This document shows positions 15,001 to 24,200 of a stretch of 64,000 nt of DNA, in pieces. The notes beneath the pieces were generated by a model. The model searched no databases. It saw nothing but the letters and a program-made list of their open reading frames with translations, and was not told the DNA's origin. How positions within the stretch are numbered: position 1 is the first letter of the stretch; every line of letters begins with the position of its first letter. The translations under genes were made by a program, and so were the position numbers. This DNA is from Auanema rhodensis (Eukaryota > Animalia > Nematoda): the NCBI GenBank assembly GCA_964057225.1, contig OZ059898.1, forward strand, positions 1,984,001 to 2,048,000, written 5' to 3'.

Positions 15001-16842
15001 TAACATTGTCCATCGTCTTTGCCTTGAAAAAAGGAATCTAAAAACATCTACTTTTTGCTAAATTATTTCGAAATTTTTCGAAAAAATTTTTGTCAAAATG
15101 TTTTTGGAAGCAATGTTGAGTGTACATGGAAACTCAACATACACTAATGCATCATTTTTCAAACGATCATAACTAAATTTTGTATTAAGCGTTTCTCAAT
15201 GTAGTATAGTGCATTCGATGCGGATTTTTAAGCTGCGTCGATCTGTGTTATCAGATTTGCGCTAGCTTAAAAATGCACCGAGATATTAACTGATATAAGT
15301 TCACACTTATATCCTCGATTTTCACCCTGAAGAATTAATTTTTTCGTTGAATAACATTGTCCATCGTCTTTGCCTTGAAAAAAGGAATCTAAAAACATCT
15401 ACTTTTTGCTAAATTATTTTGAAATTTTTCGAAAAAATTTTTGTCAAAATGTTTTTGGAAGCAATGTTGAGTGTACATGGAAACTCAACATACACTAATG
15501 CATCATTTTTCAAACGATCATAACTAATTTTTGTATTAAGCGTTTCTCAATGTAGTATAGTGCATTCGATGCGGATTTTTAAGCTGCGTCGATCTGTGTT
15601 ATCAGATTTGCGCTTGCTTAAAAATGCACCGAGATATCAACTGATATAAGTTCACACTTATATCCTCGATTTTCACCCTGAAGAATTAATTTTTTTGTTG
15701 AATAACATTGTCCATCGTCTTTGCCTTGAAAAAAGGAATCTAAAAACATCTACTTTTTGCTAAATTATTTTGAAATTTTTCGAAAAAATTTTTGTCAAAA
15801 TGTTTTTGGAAGCAATGTTGAGTGTACATGGGAACTCAACATACACTAATGCATCATTTTTCAAACGATCATAACTAATTTTTGTATTAAGCGTTCCTCA
15901 ATGTAGTATAGTGCATTCGATGCGGATTTTTAAGCTGCGTCGATCTGTGTTATCAGATTTGCGCCAGCTTGAAAATGCACCGAGATATCAACTGATATAA
16001 GTTCACACTTATATCCTCGATTTTCACCCTGAAGAATTAATTTTTTCGTTGAATAACATTGTCCATCGTCTTTGCCTTGAAAAAAGGAATCTAAAAACAT
16101 CTACTTTTTGCCAAATTATTTTGAAATTTTTCGAAAAAATTTTTGTCAAAATGTTTTTGGAAGCAATGTTGAGTGTACATGGAAACTCAACATACACTAA
16201 TGCATCATTTTTCAAACGATCATAACTAATTTTTGTATTAAGCGTTTCTCAATGTAGTATAGTGCATTCGATGCGGATTTTTAAGCTGCGTCGATCTGTG
16301 TTATCAGATTTGCGCTAGCTTACAAATGCACCGAGATATCAACTGATATAAGTTCACACTTATATCCTCGATTTTCACCCTGAAGAATTAATTTTTTCGT
16401 TGAATAACATTGTCCATCGTCTTTGCCTTGAAAAAAGGAATCTAAAAACATCTACTTTTTGCTAAATTATTTTGAAATTTTTCGAAAAAATTTTTGTCAA
16501 AATGTTTTTGGAAGCAATGTTGAGTGTACATGGAAACTCAACATACACTAATGCATCATTTTTCAAACGATCATAACTAATTTTTGTATTAAGCGTTTCT
16601 CAATGTAGTATAGTGCATTCGATGCGGATTTTTAAGCTGCGTCGATCTGTGTTATCAGATTTGCGCTAGCTTAAAAATGCACCGAGATATCAACTGATAT
16701 AAGTTCACACTTATATCCTCGATTTTCACCCTGAAGAATTAATTTTTTCGTTGAATAACATTGTCCATCGTCTTTGCCTTGAAAAAAGGAATCTAAAAAC
16801 ATCTACTTTTTGCTAAATTATTATGAAATTTTTCGAAAAAAG
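1..16842. repeat. 351-bp AT-rich tandem satellite array, left block (~48 monomers)
   Basis: The unit GAAAAAATTTTTGTCAAAATG...TTTTGAAATTTTTC recurs at 1, 352, 703 and 1054 (period 351). Monomers differ by only a few SNPs. Some are 350 bp (GCGGGTTTTA variant) and one is 344 bp. Confidence 0.99.
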
Positions 16843-16876
16843 TATTCTATTTTACTAGTCTACGACGTTAAATAAG
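16843..16876 (-). repeat. 3' terminal extension (rE) of DIRS copy 1
   Basis: TATTCTATTTTACTAGTCTACGACGTTAAATAAG is absent from the 5' ITR but is present as its reverse complement inside the ICR (17288-17321). Confidence 0.9.
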
Positions 16877-17025
16877 AATTATATTTATTCGAAATGCTTT
16901 ATTTCGTAATAGGTCCTCACATAAAACAAACAAAAAAAAAATTCAAATTATCTCTCAGGTTCCCTTTCCCACGTTTCTTTGGGCGGGAAACAGTGAGAGT
17001 AAGCGATCGTCCTTATTCATTTCAG
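16877..17025 (-). repeat. 3' inverted terminal repeat (rITR), copy 1
   Basis: Reverse complement of 21123-21270, except for two C/T mismatches near the inner end and an A10 versus T9 run. Confidence 0.95.
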
Positions 17026-17270
17026 GTGTCCAAAAAAGGAAGAATAGAAAGGCAGCATGACAATAACAAAATAAAAGAACAATAGTAACAGAAGGAAGGA
17101 AAGGCTGCGGATAGCAGGCAGCATGCTAATTTATCTCTTGCGGTCGTAGTTGGTGCGTTGTGCAGGCTTGAATCTGGAAAGTTATGATGAAGACATCGAA
17201 AGTGGGCGAGCTCGAGTGGAAGTCCTCAGGTTGGTTAGCGGGAGCGCAGTAGGGGTGGAGGTGGGAGATA

Positions 17271-17343
17271 TTCGAATAAATATAATTCTTATTTAACGTC
17301 GTAGACTAGTAAAATAGAATAATTATATTTATTCGAAATGCTT
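17271..17343 (-). repeat. Internal complementary region (ICR), copy 1
   Basis: 17271-17321 is the reverse complement of 16843-16893, and 17321-17343 is the reverse complement of 21248-21270. It lies immediately after the YR stop codon, as in DIRS1-type elements. Confidence 0.95.
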
Positions 17344-17345
17344 CT

Positions 17346-18614
17346 TCAAAAAAGAATCTTGGACTGGAACGAGGTTCTTCGCTCATAGTGGGTGAAGAAG
17401 GTTTTTTCTGAAGCCCAGTTAGCCGCCTTGAGGATGTCGCCTATAGGTAGACCTTGCGCTAGTGCCTTCGAGGTCACAGCCGAGCGTGTTGAGTGAGCTT
17501 TGAAGGTAGTGGGTATGCCCGCGCTGTGCAGGGTCTTTCTAATCCAACCAGAAATGGTGGTGGGTTCCACTGCTGCTCCATTCTTTCTGTTAAGAAAGAG
17601 GCATCTTGTTCGGCGGAGTTCCATGGTTCGAGATAGGTATTCATTTATGCAGTTAATAGGGCACAGGTTATTGCGTTTAGGGAAGTTCTCGAACTTCGCC
17701 TCATGCGGGGGTCCCTTAGATCTGTTTTTATTGCGTTTATTTATGAAGAAAGTTAACCCTTCTGCGTCGATACGCATGTGATCTAGGGAGAAAACGGCCA
17801 ATTCGCTCACCCTCTTTGGAGAGCATAGGGCCAATAGAGTGGCTAGCTTGTGAGTGAGAGACTCTAGGCTGAGTTGGACGTTGGGGCCCAGCCTATCAAG
17901 GAAGTCCAAGACTTCGGAGGGGTCCCATGTGTCTACGTACCTAGCCCCTGAAGGCTTCTCTCTGAACAAACCCCTCATGAGGCGGAGGAGCAGCACGTTC
18001 TCCTTTAGGGAGGGGGAGACCCCTAGGTGATCGGCCAATGCGGATATCGCTACCTTGTGTATGCGTACTGTGGAGAAGGCCTTAGTTTGAGCGAGAAATG
18101 ATAGATAGTTAGCAACCGTTACTGGGTTGGGAGTAAAAGGTATCTTCTGCTCATTGCAGTAAGCTTTCCAGTTCTTGAGAGCACAGCCGTACTGTTTGCG
18201 TGTTCCTGGGGCCCAGGATTCGTTTAGGAGTCTCTTAATCTCTGCTGTTACTCCCTCAAAGGAGTTTGTTAAATCTTCCACGCTGCTAATTGGAAATTCG
18301 GCGACTGCAGGAGAGGATGTGGGTTTCCTTCCCGGTCGGACAGCAGGTTCGGGTGTTGGAGCAGCAAGGGAGGCTCCTTGGATCTCTCTTGGAGTAGGGG
18401 AAACCACATTTGGCTCTTCCAGAATGGTGCTATCACTATAGCCGACCTCTGGGAGCTGGCGAGCTTTCCTAAGGTCTTGTGCAGGAGGTGGAAAGGTGGA
18501 AATACGTAAAGTAATCCGTCTGGCAGCTGCTGCCAATTGAACAAGAGTGCGTTCACTCCTAATGCGGCGCAATCTGGAAAGAAGGAGTAGAAAAGGGCGC
18601 ATTTGGCGTTCCAA
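17346..18614 (-). CDS. Tyrosine recombinase (DIRS YR), 422-aa open frame; true start uncertain
   Basis: N-terminal SAM-like motif SWAPGTRKQY...W..YC. Catalytic motifs SPKRVSEL (R), LCPI, FKAHSTRS (HxxR, 17484-17495), ANW and FFTHY (Y). The frame opens at TTG and the first ATG is at 18602. It overlaps the Gag-Pol ORF by 346 nt. Confidence 0.95.
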   Translation of the reverse strand: MERQMRPFLLLLSRLRRIRSERTLVQLAAAARRITLRISTFPPPAQDLRKARQLPEVGYSDSTILEEPNVVSPTPREIQGASLAAPTPEPAVRPGRKPTSSPAVAEFPISSVEDLTNSFEGVTAEIKRLLNESWAPGTRKQYGCALKNWKAYCNEQKIPFTPNPVTVANYLSFLAQTKAFSTVRIHKVAISALADHLGVSPSLKENVLLLRLMRGLFREKPSGARYVDTWDPSEVLDFLDRLGPNVQLSLESLTHKLATLLALCSPKRVSELAVFSLDHMRIDAEGLTFFINKRNKNRSKGPPHEAKFENFPKRNNLCPINCINEYLSRTMELRRTRCLFLNRKNGAAVEPTTISGWIRKTLHSAGIPTTFKAHSTRSAVTSKALAQGLPIGDILKAANWASEKTFFTHYERRTSFQSKILF

Positions 18615-21091
18615 GTGGACGCGAACAGGTCTATTTTGGGTTCACCCCATTTGGAAAATATTGATCTAGTGATCTCCGGATGGAGCGACCAGTCTTCCTT
18701 CAAAATTCTGCCGCGGGACAGGCAGTCGGCAGCCGTATTGACTTTTCCCGCTATATGCGATGCTCTGATTCTGAGCTTACGGGTATCGGCAAATTGCCAT
18801 AACTCCAGTGCTAATCTAGTGCCCTTCTGGGATTGACTCCCGCCCCTACGGTTGATGTAGGCAATGGCAGAAGTATTATCTAAGAGTAAGAGAACGTCGA
18901 GATTGCGCCAAGTCTTGCCGAACTCTGTTAGACCCTTCTTTGCTGCAATCAGCTCCAGCCAGTTTATATGGTAGTTAATGCGTTCTGCCTCGGACCAAGA
19001 TCCTGACAAGGTATTACCTTCCCACGAAGCGCCAAAACCCTCCAGGGAGGCATCTGAGGTAATGGAGTATCGGGGAGAAAAGGGCGTGAACGAGGATACT
19101 TCTGATAGGCGGGGAACGTCCTTGGTTCGAAGATCCTCCAGGATCTTTCTTAACGATCGATCTATTCTTAGAATCTGAGGGAAGGCATTGGGATCATTTA
19201 CGTTCGTAATTCCTTTAAGCCGTAGGAGGAAGTGCAGTTCACGGTTTCTGAAGGAGAGGTTAGGTGCTACCAGAGACGCAAAGTTCAATTTTCCCATTAG
19301 CGAGGCTAATGCTCTTATACTCAGCTCTGATTGAGCTGTTAAACGAGTGAGAGACTCGAGCAAACCCTTTTTCTTGGCCTTTGGGAGAGACCAGCTCATC
19401 GATCTTGAATTCAGCTGAATACCAAGAAATTCTATTTCTTGTGTGGGTATCATAATTGATTTATCCCAGTTTATCGTAAAACCCGCGCGATCAAAAGTAA
19501 TTAGAATCTCTGTTAGTTGGGACCTGAGACAATCAGGATCCTCCGAGATGAACAGCCAGTCATCTAAGTAGTTGATGAGATTGATCCCTTTACCCCGAAA
19601 ATGGGATACCAGAACACGCATTAGCTTATGGAATATGTAGGGGGCGGAGCTCAGCCCAAAAGGGAGTGCTCTAAATAGGAAAGTGCGCCCCTCTGCTGTG
19701 AAAGCTAGGAAGGGTTGATCCTTCGGATCGATACTAATCGCGTGGTAGGCTGAATGGAAATCGATTTTGATCATGAAATTATCCTGTCGTAGGAGCGACG
19801 GGATGTCCCGAAGGGATTCTAGCTTGAACTTGGGTACTCGAAGAAAAGTGTTCAGGCGCTTTAAATTGAGGATGAAACGGGCCGTGCCGTCCGCCTTGGG
19901 AACGTGGAAGGTCGGGGATATGAAAACCTTCTCCCTCGGGGCGGCCTCTCGAATGGCGCCAGTGTACAGCAGTTCCTGGATATCCGACCTGGGTTGCTCC
20001 GGCAAGGTAGAGCAGATGGGTGGCAGCGATAAAGGTGGAGGTGTGCGGGCAAAGGGGAGACTATAGCCCTGAACCGCGTTAAGGATCTCCTTGTCCCTGG
20101 AGATGGACGCCCAAAAGGTTGTGGTGGAGGATACCCGGCATGCGAAAGGAAAAGTGACTAACCTCTTTCTCTGGTTAGTAGCGAACGTTGAGAAGGTAGC
20201 TTGTCTCTTGGGAGCTGAGCGTGGCCGTTGGGCATCATTCCTGCGAGGAGTTGTTCTGGAGCTTCTGGACAGTTCGGAGTACGACGATAGTTCTGCTCTG
20301 AGCTTCTTGCCAAACAGTTCGGGTGCCGAATCCTCTGGAGCGTTGTCTACCGGGATCACGGTTCCATAGATGGGAGACTTCTTGAAGCTAGGCATGGCTC
20401 GGTAGGGTTGAGAGATCTTCATCTTGGTTACAGCACACTCTCGCAAGTTGGTGCAGTGGGTCTTGATGTTAGCGCTGAGGAAGCGCTCCACTATGGCAAA
20501 GTATGCCTCCTGTTTTGTTGACAGACGAGAGTCCCTATCTATCCTGCCCAGCTTGCGAATTATCTTGATGTTAGAAAGAACGATTAGATCATTCTCGTAT
20601 GCCGTGCGTATCTCAGCTTCGGACAGACGGATAGTGGGCTTGATGTTATTGTCCACGTGAGTAGTGTAGCGGTCGTCCAAGACCGGTAGTCGAGCGAACG
20701 GTGAGTCGATATTAGGGAGTTCCGAGATGAGCTCAGCTCTCTCGGTCGAGGACATGAGCAGTCCCGAGGCGAGTCTCTCGAAATCAGCAGTCTCGGAGGA
20801 AGATAGGCGAACGAGTGGCCTAGATCTGGGTCCGTGTGCCTCCGGTGGCATGGGGACCGTTTCGTCTTCGTCGTCCTCTGAATAGAGGTCCTCTTTCTCG
20901 GGCTGGTCCGAGTTCGGAGGTGGTGGGGAAGGAGCTTCTACCCTTCTCCTCTCGACGTGTTGACGGTCGGTGGAGATAGACGTTGGAGATGTTGAGCGTG
21001 ACGATCTCGAAGAAGAAGAGCTGAAGGCTCGTACTCTTCTCGGAGAAGTTTCAGTCGGGGCTTGTCCCTGACGAGTGTGGCTTGGAGCCAT
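18269..21091 (-). CDS. Fused Gag-like / reverse transcriptase / RNase H / adenine-methyltransferase-like polyprotein, 940 aa
   Basis: ATG start. The Ser/Pro/Arg-rich Gag-like part is aa ~1-310. RT motifs: GYSLPF, FHVPKADG..RFILNLK, KIDFHSAY, LPFGLSSAP, YLDD (19559-19570), FLG. RNase H motifs: SDASLEGFG, HINWLEL, LDN, HIAGKVNTAADCLSR. DIRS MT-like motifs: IDLFAS and YVFPPF. Confidence 0.96.
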   Translation of the reverse strand: MAPSHTRQGQAPTETSPRRVRAFSSSSSRSSRSTSPTSISTDRQHVERRRVEAPSPPPPNSDQPEKEDLYSEDDEDETVPMPPEAHGPRSRPLVRLSSSETADFERLASGLLMSSTERAELISELPNIDSPFARLPVLDDRYTTHVDNNIKPTIRLSEAEIRTAYENDLIVLSNIKIIRKLGRIDRDSRLSTKQEAYFAIVERFLSANIKTHCTNLRECAVTKMKISQPYRAMPSFKKSPIYGTVIPVDNAPEDSAPELFGKKLRAELSSYSELSRSSRTTPRRNDAQRPRSAPKRQATFSTFATNQRKRLVTFPFACRVSSTTTFWASISRDKEILNAVQGYSLPFARTPPPLSLPPICSTLPEQPRSDIQELLYTGAIREAAPREKVFISPTFHVPKADGTARFILNLKRLNTFLRVPKFKLESLRDIPSLLRQDNFMIKIDFHSAYHAISIDPKDQPFLAFTAEGRTFLFRALPFGLSSAPYIFHKLMRVLVSHFRGKGINLINYLDDWLFISEDPDCLRSQLTEILITFDRAGFTINWDKSIMIPTQEIEFLGIQLNSRSMSWSLPKAKKKGLLESLTRLTAQSELSIRALASLMGKLNFASLVAPNLSFRNRELHFLLRLKGITNVNDPNAFPQILRIDRSLRKILEDLRTKDVPRLSEVSSFTPFSPRYSITSDASLEGFGASWEGNTLSGSWSEAERINYHINWLELIAAKKGLTEFGKTWRNLDVLLLLDNTSAIAYINRRGGSQSQKGTRLALELWQFADTRKLRIRASHIAGKVNTAADCLSRGRILKEDWSLHPEITRSIFSKWGEPKIDLFASTWNAKCALFYSFFPDCAALGVNALLFNWQQLPDGLLYVFPPFHLLHKTLGKLASSQRSAIVIAPFWKSQMWFPLLQERSKEPPLLLQHPNLLSDREGNPHPLLQSPNFQLAAWKI
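18574..20162 (-). other. Predicted 1,589-nt spliceosomal intron joining Gag in frame to YR (copy 1)
   Basis: Donor AAGAG|GTTAGT at the Gag/RT boundary. Acceptor CCCTTTTCTACTCCTTCTTTCCAG|A near the start of the YR frame. Both are phase 2, so the join is in frame. This is a prediction only. Confidence 0.55.
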
Positions 21092-21122
21092 GGACGATCG
21101 TATGTGAGGCTCAACGAAAAAA

Positions 21123-21270
21123 CTGGAATGAATAGGGACGATCGCTTACTCTCACTGTTTCCCGCCCAAAGAAACGTGGGAAAGGGAACCTGAGAGATAA
21201 TTTGAATTTTTTTTTGTTTGTTTTATGTGAGGACCTATTACGAAATAAAGCATTTCGAATAAATATAATT
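21123..21270 (-). repeat. 5' inverted terminal repeat (lITR), copy 1
   Basis: Reverse complement of 16877-17025. It ends 31 nt upstream of the Gag ATG. Confidence 0.95.
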
Positions 21271-24200
21271 TTTGTCAAAATGTTTTTGGAAGCAATGTTG
21301 AGTGTACATGGAAACTCAACATACACTAATGCATCATTTTTCAAACGACCATAACTAATTTTTGTATTAAGCGTTTCTCAATGTAGTATAGTGCATTCGA
21401 TGCGGATTTTTAAGCTGCGTCGATCTGTGTTATTAGATTTGCGCTAGCTTAAAAATGCACCGAGATATCAACTGATATAAGTTCACACTTATATCCTCGA
21501 TTTTCACCCTGAAGAATTAATTTTTTCGTTGAATAACATTGTCCATCGTCTTTGCCTTGAAAAAAGGAATCTAAAAACATCTACTTTTTGCTAAATTATT
21601 TTGAAATTTTTCGAAAAAATTTTTGTCAAAATGTTTTTGGAAGCAATGTTGAGTGTACATGGAAACTCAACATACACTAATGCATCATTTTTCAAACGAT
21701 CATAACTAATTTTTGTATTAAGCGTTTCTCAGTGTAGTAGAGTGCATTCGATGCGGATTTTTAAGCTGCGTCGATCTGTGTTATCAGATTTGCGCTAGCT
21801 TAAAAATGCACCGAGATATCAACTGATATAAGTTCACACTTATATCCTCGATTTTCACCCTGAAGAATTAATTTTTTCGTTGAATAACATTGTCCATCGT
21901 CTTTGCCTTGAAAAAAGGAATCTAAAAACATCTACTTTTTGCTAAATTATTTTGAAATTTTTCGAAAAAATTTTTGTCAAAATGTTTTTGGAAGCAATGT
22001 TGAGTGTACATGGAAACTCAACATCCACTAATGCATCATTTTTCAAACGATCATAACTAATTTTTGTATTAAGCGTTTCTCAATGTAGTAGAGTGCATTC
22101 GATGCGGATTTTTAAGCTGCGTCGATCTGTGTTATCAGATTTGCGCTAGCTTAAAAATGCACCGAGATATCAACTGATATAAGTTCACACTTATATCCTC
22201 GATTTTCACCCTGAAGAATTAATTTTTTCGTTGAATAACATTGTCCATCGTCTTTGCCTTGAAAAAAGGAATCTAAAAACATCTACTTTTTGCTAAATTA
22301 TTTTGAAATTTTTCGAAAAAATTTTTGTCAAAATGTTTTTGGAAGCAATGTTGAGTGTACATGGAAACTCAACATACACTAATGCATCATTTTTCAAACG
22401 ATCATAACTAATTTTTGTATTAAGCGTTTCTCAGTGTAGTAGAGTGCATTCGATGCGGATTTTTAAGCTGCGTCGATCTGTGTTATCAGATTTGCGCTAG
22501 CTTAAAAATGCACCGAGATATCAACTGATATAAGTTCACACTTATATCCTCGATTTTCACCCTGAAGAATTAATTTTTTCGTTGAATAACATTGTCCATC
22601 GTCTTTGCCTTGAAAAAAGGAATCTAAAAACATCTACTTTTTGCTAAATTATTTTGAAATTTTTCGAAAAAATTTTTGTCAAAATGTTTTTGGAAGCAAT
22701 GTTGAGTGTACATGGAAACTCAACATCCACTAATGCATCATTTTTCAAACGATCATAACTAATTTTTGTATTAAGCGTTTCTCAATGTAGTAGAGTGCAT
22801 TCGATGCGGATTTTTAAGCTGCGTCGATCTGTGTTATCAGATTTGCGCTAGCTTAAAAATGCACCGAGATATCAACTGATATAAGTTCACACTTATATCC
22901 TCGATTTTCACCCTGAAGAATTAATTTTTTCGTTGAATAACATTGTCCATCGTCTTTGACTTGAAAAAAGGAAACTAAAAACATTTACTTTTTGCCAAAT
23001 TATTTTGAAATTTTTCGAAAAAATTTTTGTCAAAATGTTTTTGGAAGCAATGTTGAGTGTACATGGAAACTCAACATACACTAATGCATCATTTTTCGAA
23101 CGATCATAACTAATTTTTGTATTAAGCGTTTCTCAATGTAGTATAGTGCATTCGATGCGGATTTTTAAGCTGCGTCGATCTGTGTTATCAGATTTGCGCT
23201 AGCTTGAAAATGCACCGAGATATCAACTGATATAAGTTCACACTTATATCCTCGATTTTCACCCTGAAGAATTAATTTTTTTTGTTGAATAACATTGTCC
23301 ATCGTCTTTGCCTTGAAAAAAGGAATCTAAAAACATCTACTTTTTGCTAAATTATTTTGAAATTTTTCGAAAAAATTTTTGTCAAAATGTTTTTGGAAGC
23401 AATGTTGAGTGTACATGGAAACTCAACATACACTAATGCATCATTTTTCAAACGATCATAACTAATTTTTGTATTAAGCGTTTCTTAGTGTAGTAGAGCG
23501 CATTCGATGCGGATTTTTAAGCTGCGTCGATCTGTGTTATCAGATTTGCGCTAGCTTAAAAATGCACCGAGATATCAACTGATATAAGTTCACACTTATA
23601 TCCTCGATTTTCACCCTGAAGAATTAATTTTTTCGTTGAATAACATTGTCCATCGTTTTTGCCTTGAAAAAAGGAATCTAAAAACATCTACTTTTTGCTA
23701 AATTATTTTGAAATTTTTCGAAAAAATTTTTGTCAAAATGTTTTTGGAAGCAATGTTGAGTGTACATGGAAACTCAACATACACTAATGCATCATTTTTC
23801 AAACGATCATAACTAATTTTTGTATTAAGCGTTTCTCAATGTAGTAGAGTGCATTCGATGCGGATTTTTAAGCTGCGTCGATCTGTGTTATCAGATTTGC
23901 GCTAGCTTAAAAATGCACCGAGATATCAACTGATATAAGTTCACACTTATATCCTCGATTTTCACCCTGAAGAATTAATTTTTTCGTTGAATAACATTGT
24001 CCATCGTCTTTGCCTTGAAAAAAGGAATCTAAAAACATCTACTTTTTGCTAAATTATTTTGAAATTTTTTGAAAAAATTTTTGTCAAAATGTTTTTGGAA
24101 GCAATGTTGAGTGTACATGGAAACTCAACATACACTAATGCATCATTTTTCAAACGATCATAACTAATTTTTGTATTAAGCGTTTCTCAATGTAGTATAG

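Larger units (their letters stand above)
16843..21269 (-). mobile_element. DIRS1-like tyrosine-recombinase retrotransposon, copy 1, full length (4,427 bp)
   Basis: Has ~148-bp inverted terminal repeats, a 34-bp 3' extension and an ICR complementary to both ends. ORFs encode RT (YLDD), RNase H, an MT-like domain and a YR (R...HSTR...Y). There is no TSD. The sense strand begins with ATT. Confidence 0.97.

Noticed and set aside
16024-16215. 63-aa minus-strand ORF (also 48046-48237)
   Set aside because: Chance read-through in satellite monomers carrying the GCC variant.
16836-16842. AA or AATT as a target-site duplication
   Set aside because: The ICR shows these bases at the right junction belong to the element end. 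The junctions are explained without any duplication.
16894-17085. 63-aa ORF, and the 77-aa ORF at 21111-21344 (plus copy 2 equivalents)
   Set aside because: Translations of the ITR and the ITR-satellite junction. Their mutual similarity only reflects the inverted repeat.
17500-20660. Short antisense and alternate-frame ORFs within the element
   Set aside because: Shadow ORFs of the more GC-rich coding sequence, with no motifs.
21111-21122. 12-bp match TTTTTTCGTTGA between the element 5' UTR and the satellite
   Set aside because: Short, low-complexity and far from the insertion site. It is expected by chance.
21092-21144. 9-bp direct repeat GGACGATCG next to the Gag ATG and in the ITR
   Set aside because: It could pair with the 3' ITR but is too short to support a regulatory claim.
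21346-21352. Loss of a GATC site next to an element encoding a Dam-like domain
   Set aside because: A single SNP, with no evidence for MT activity or specificity. I used it only as a flank marker.
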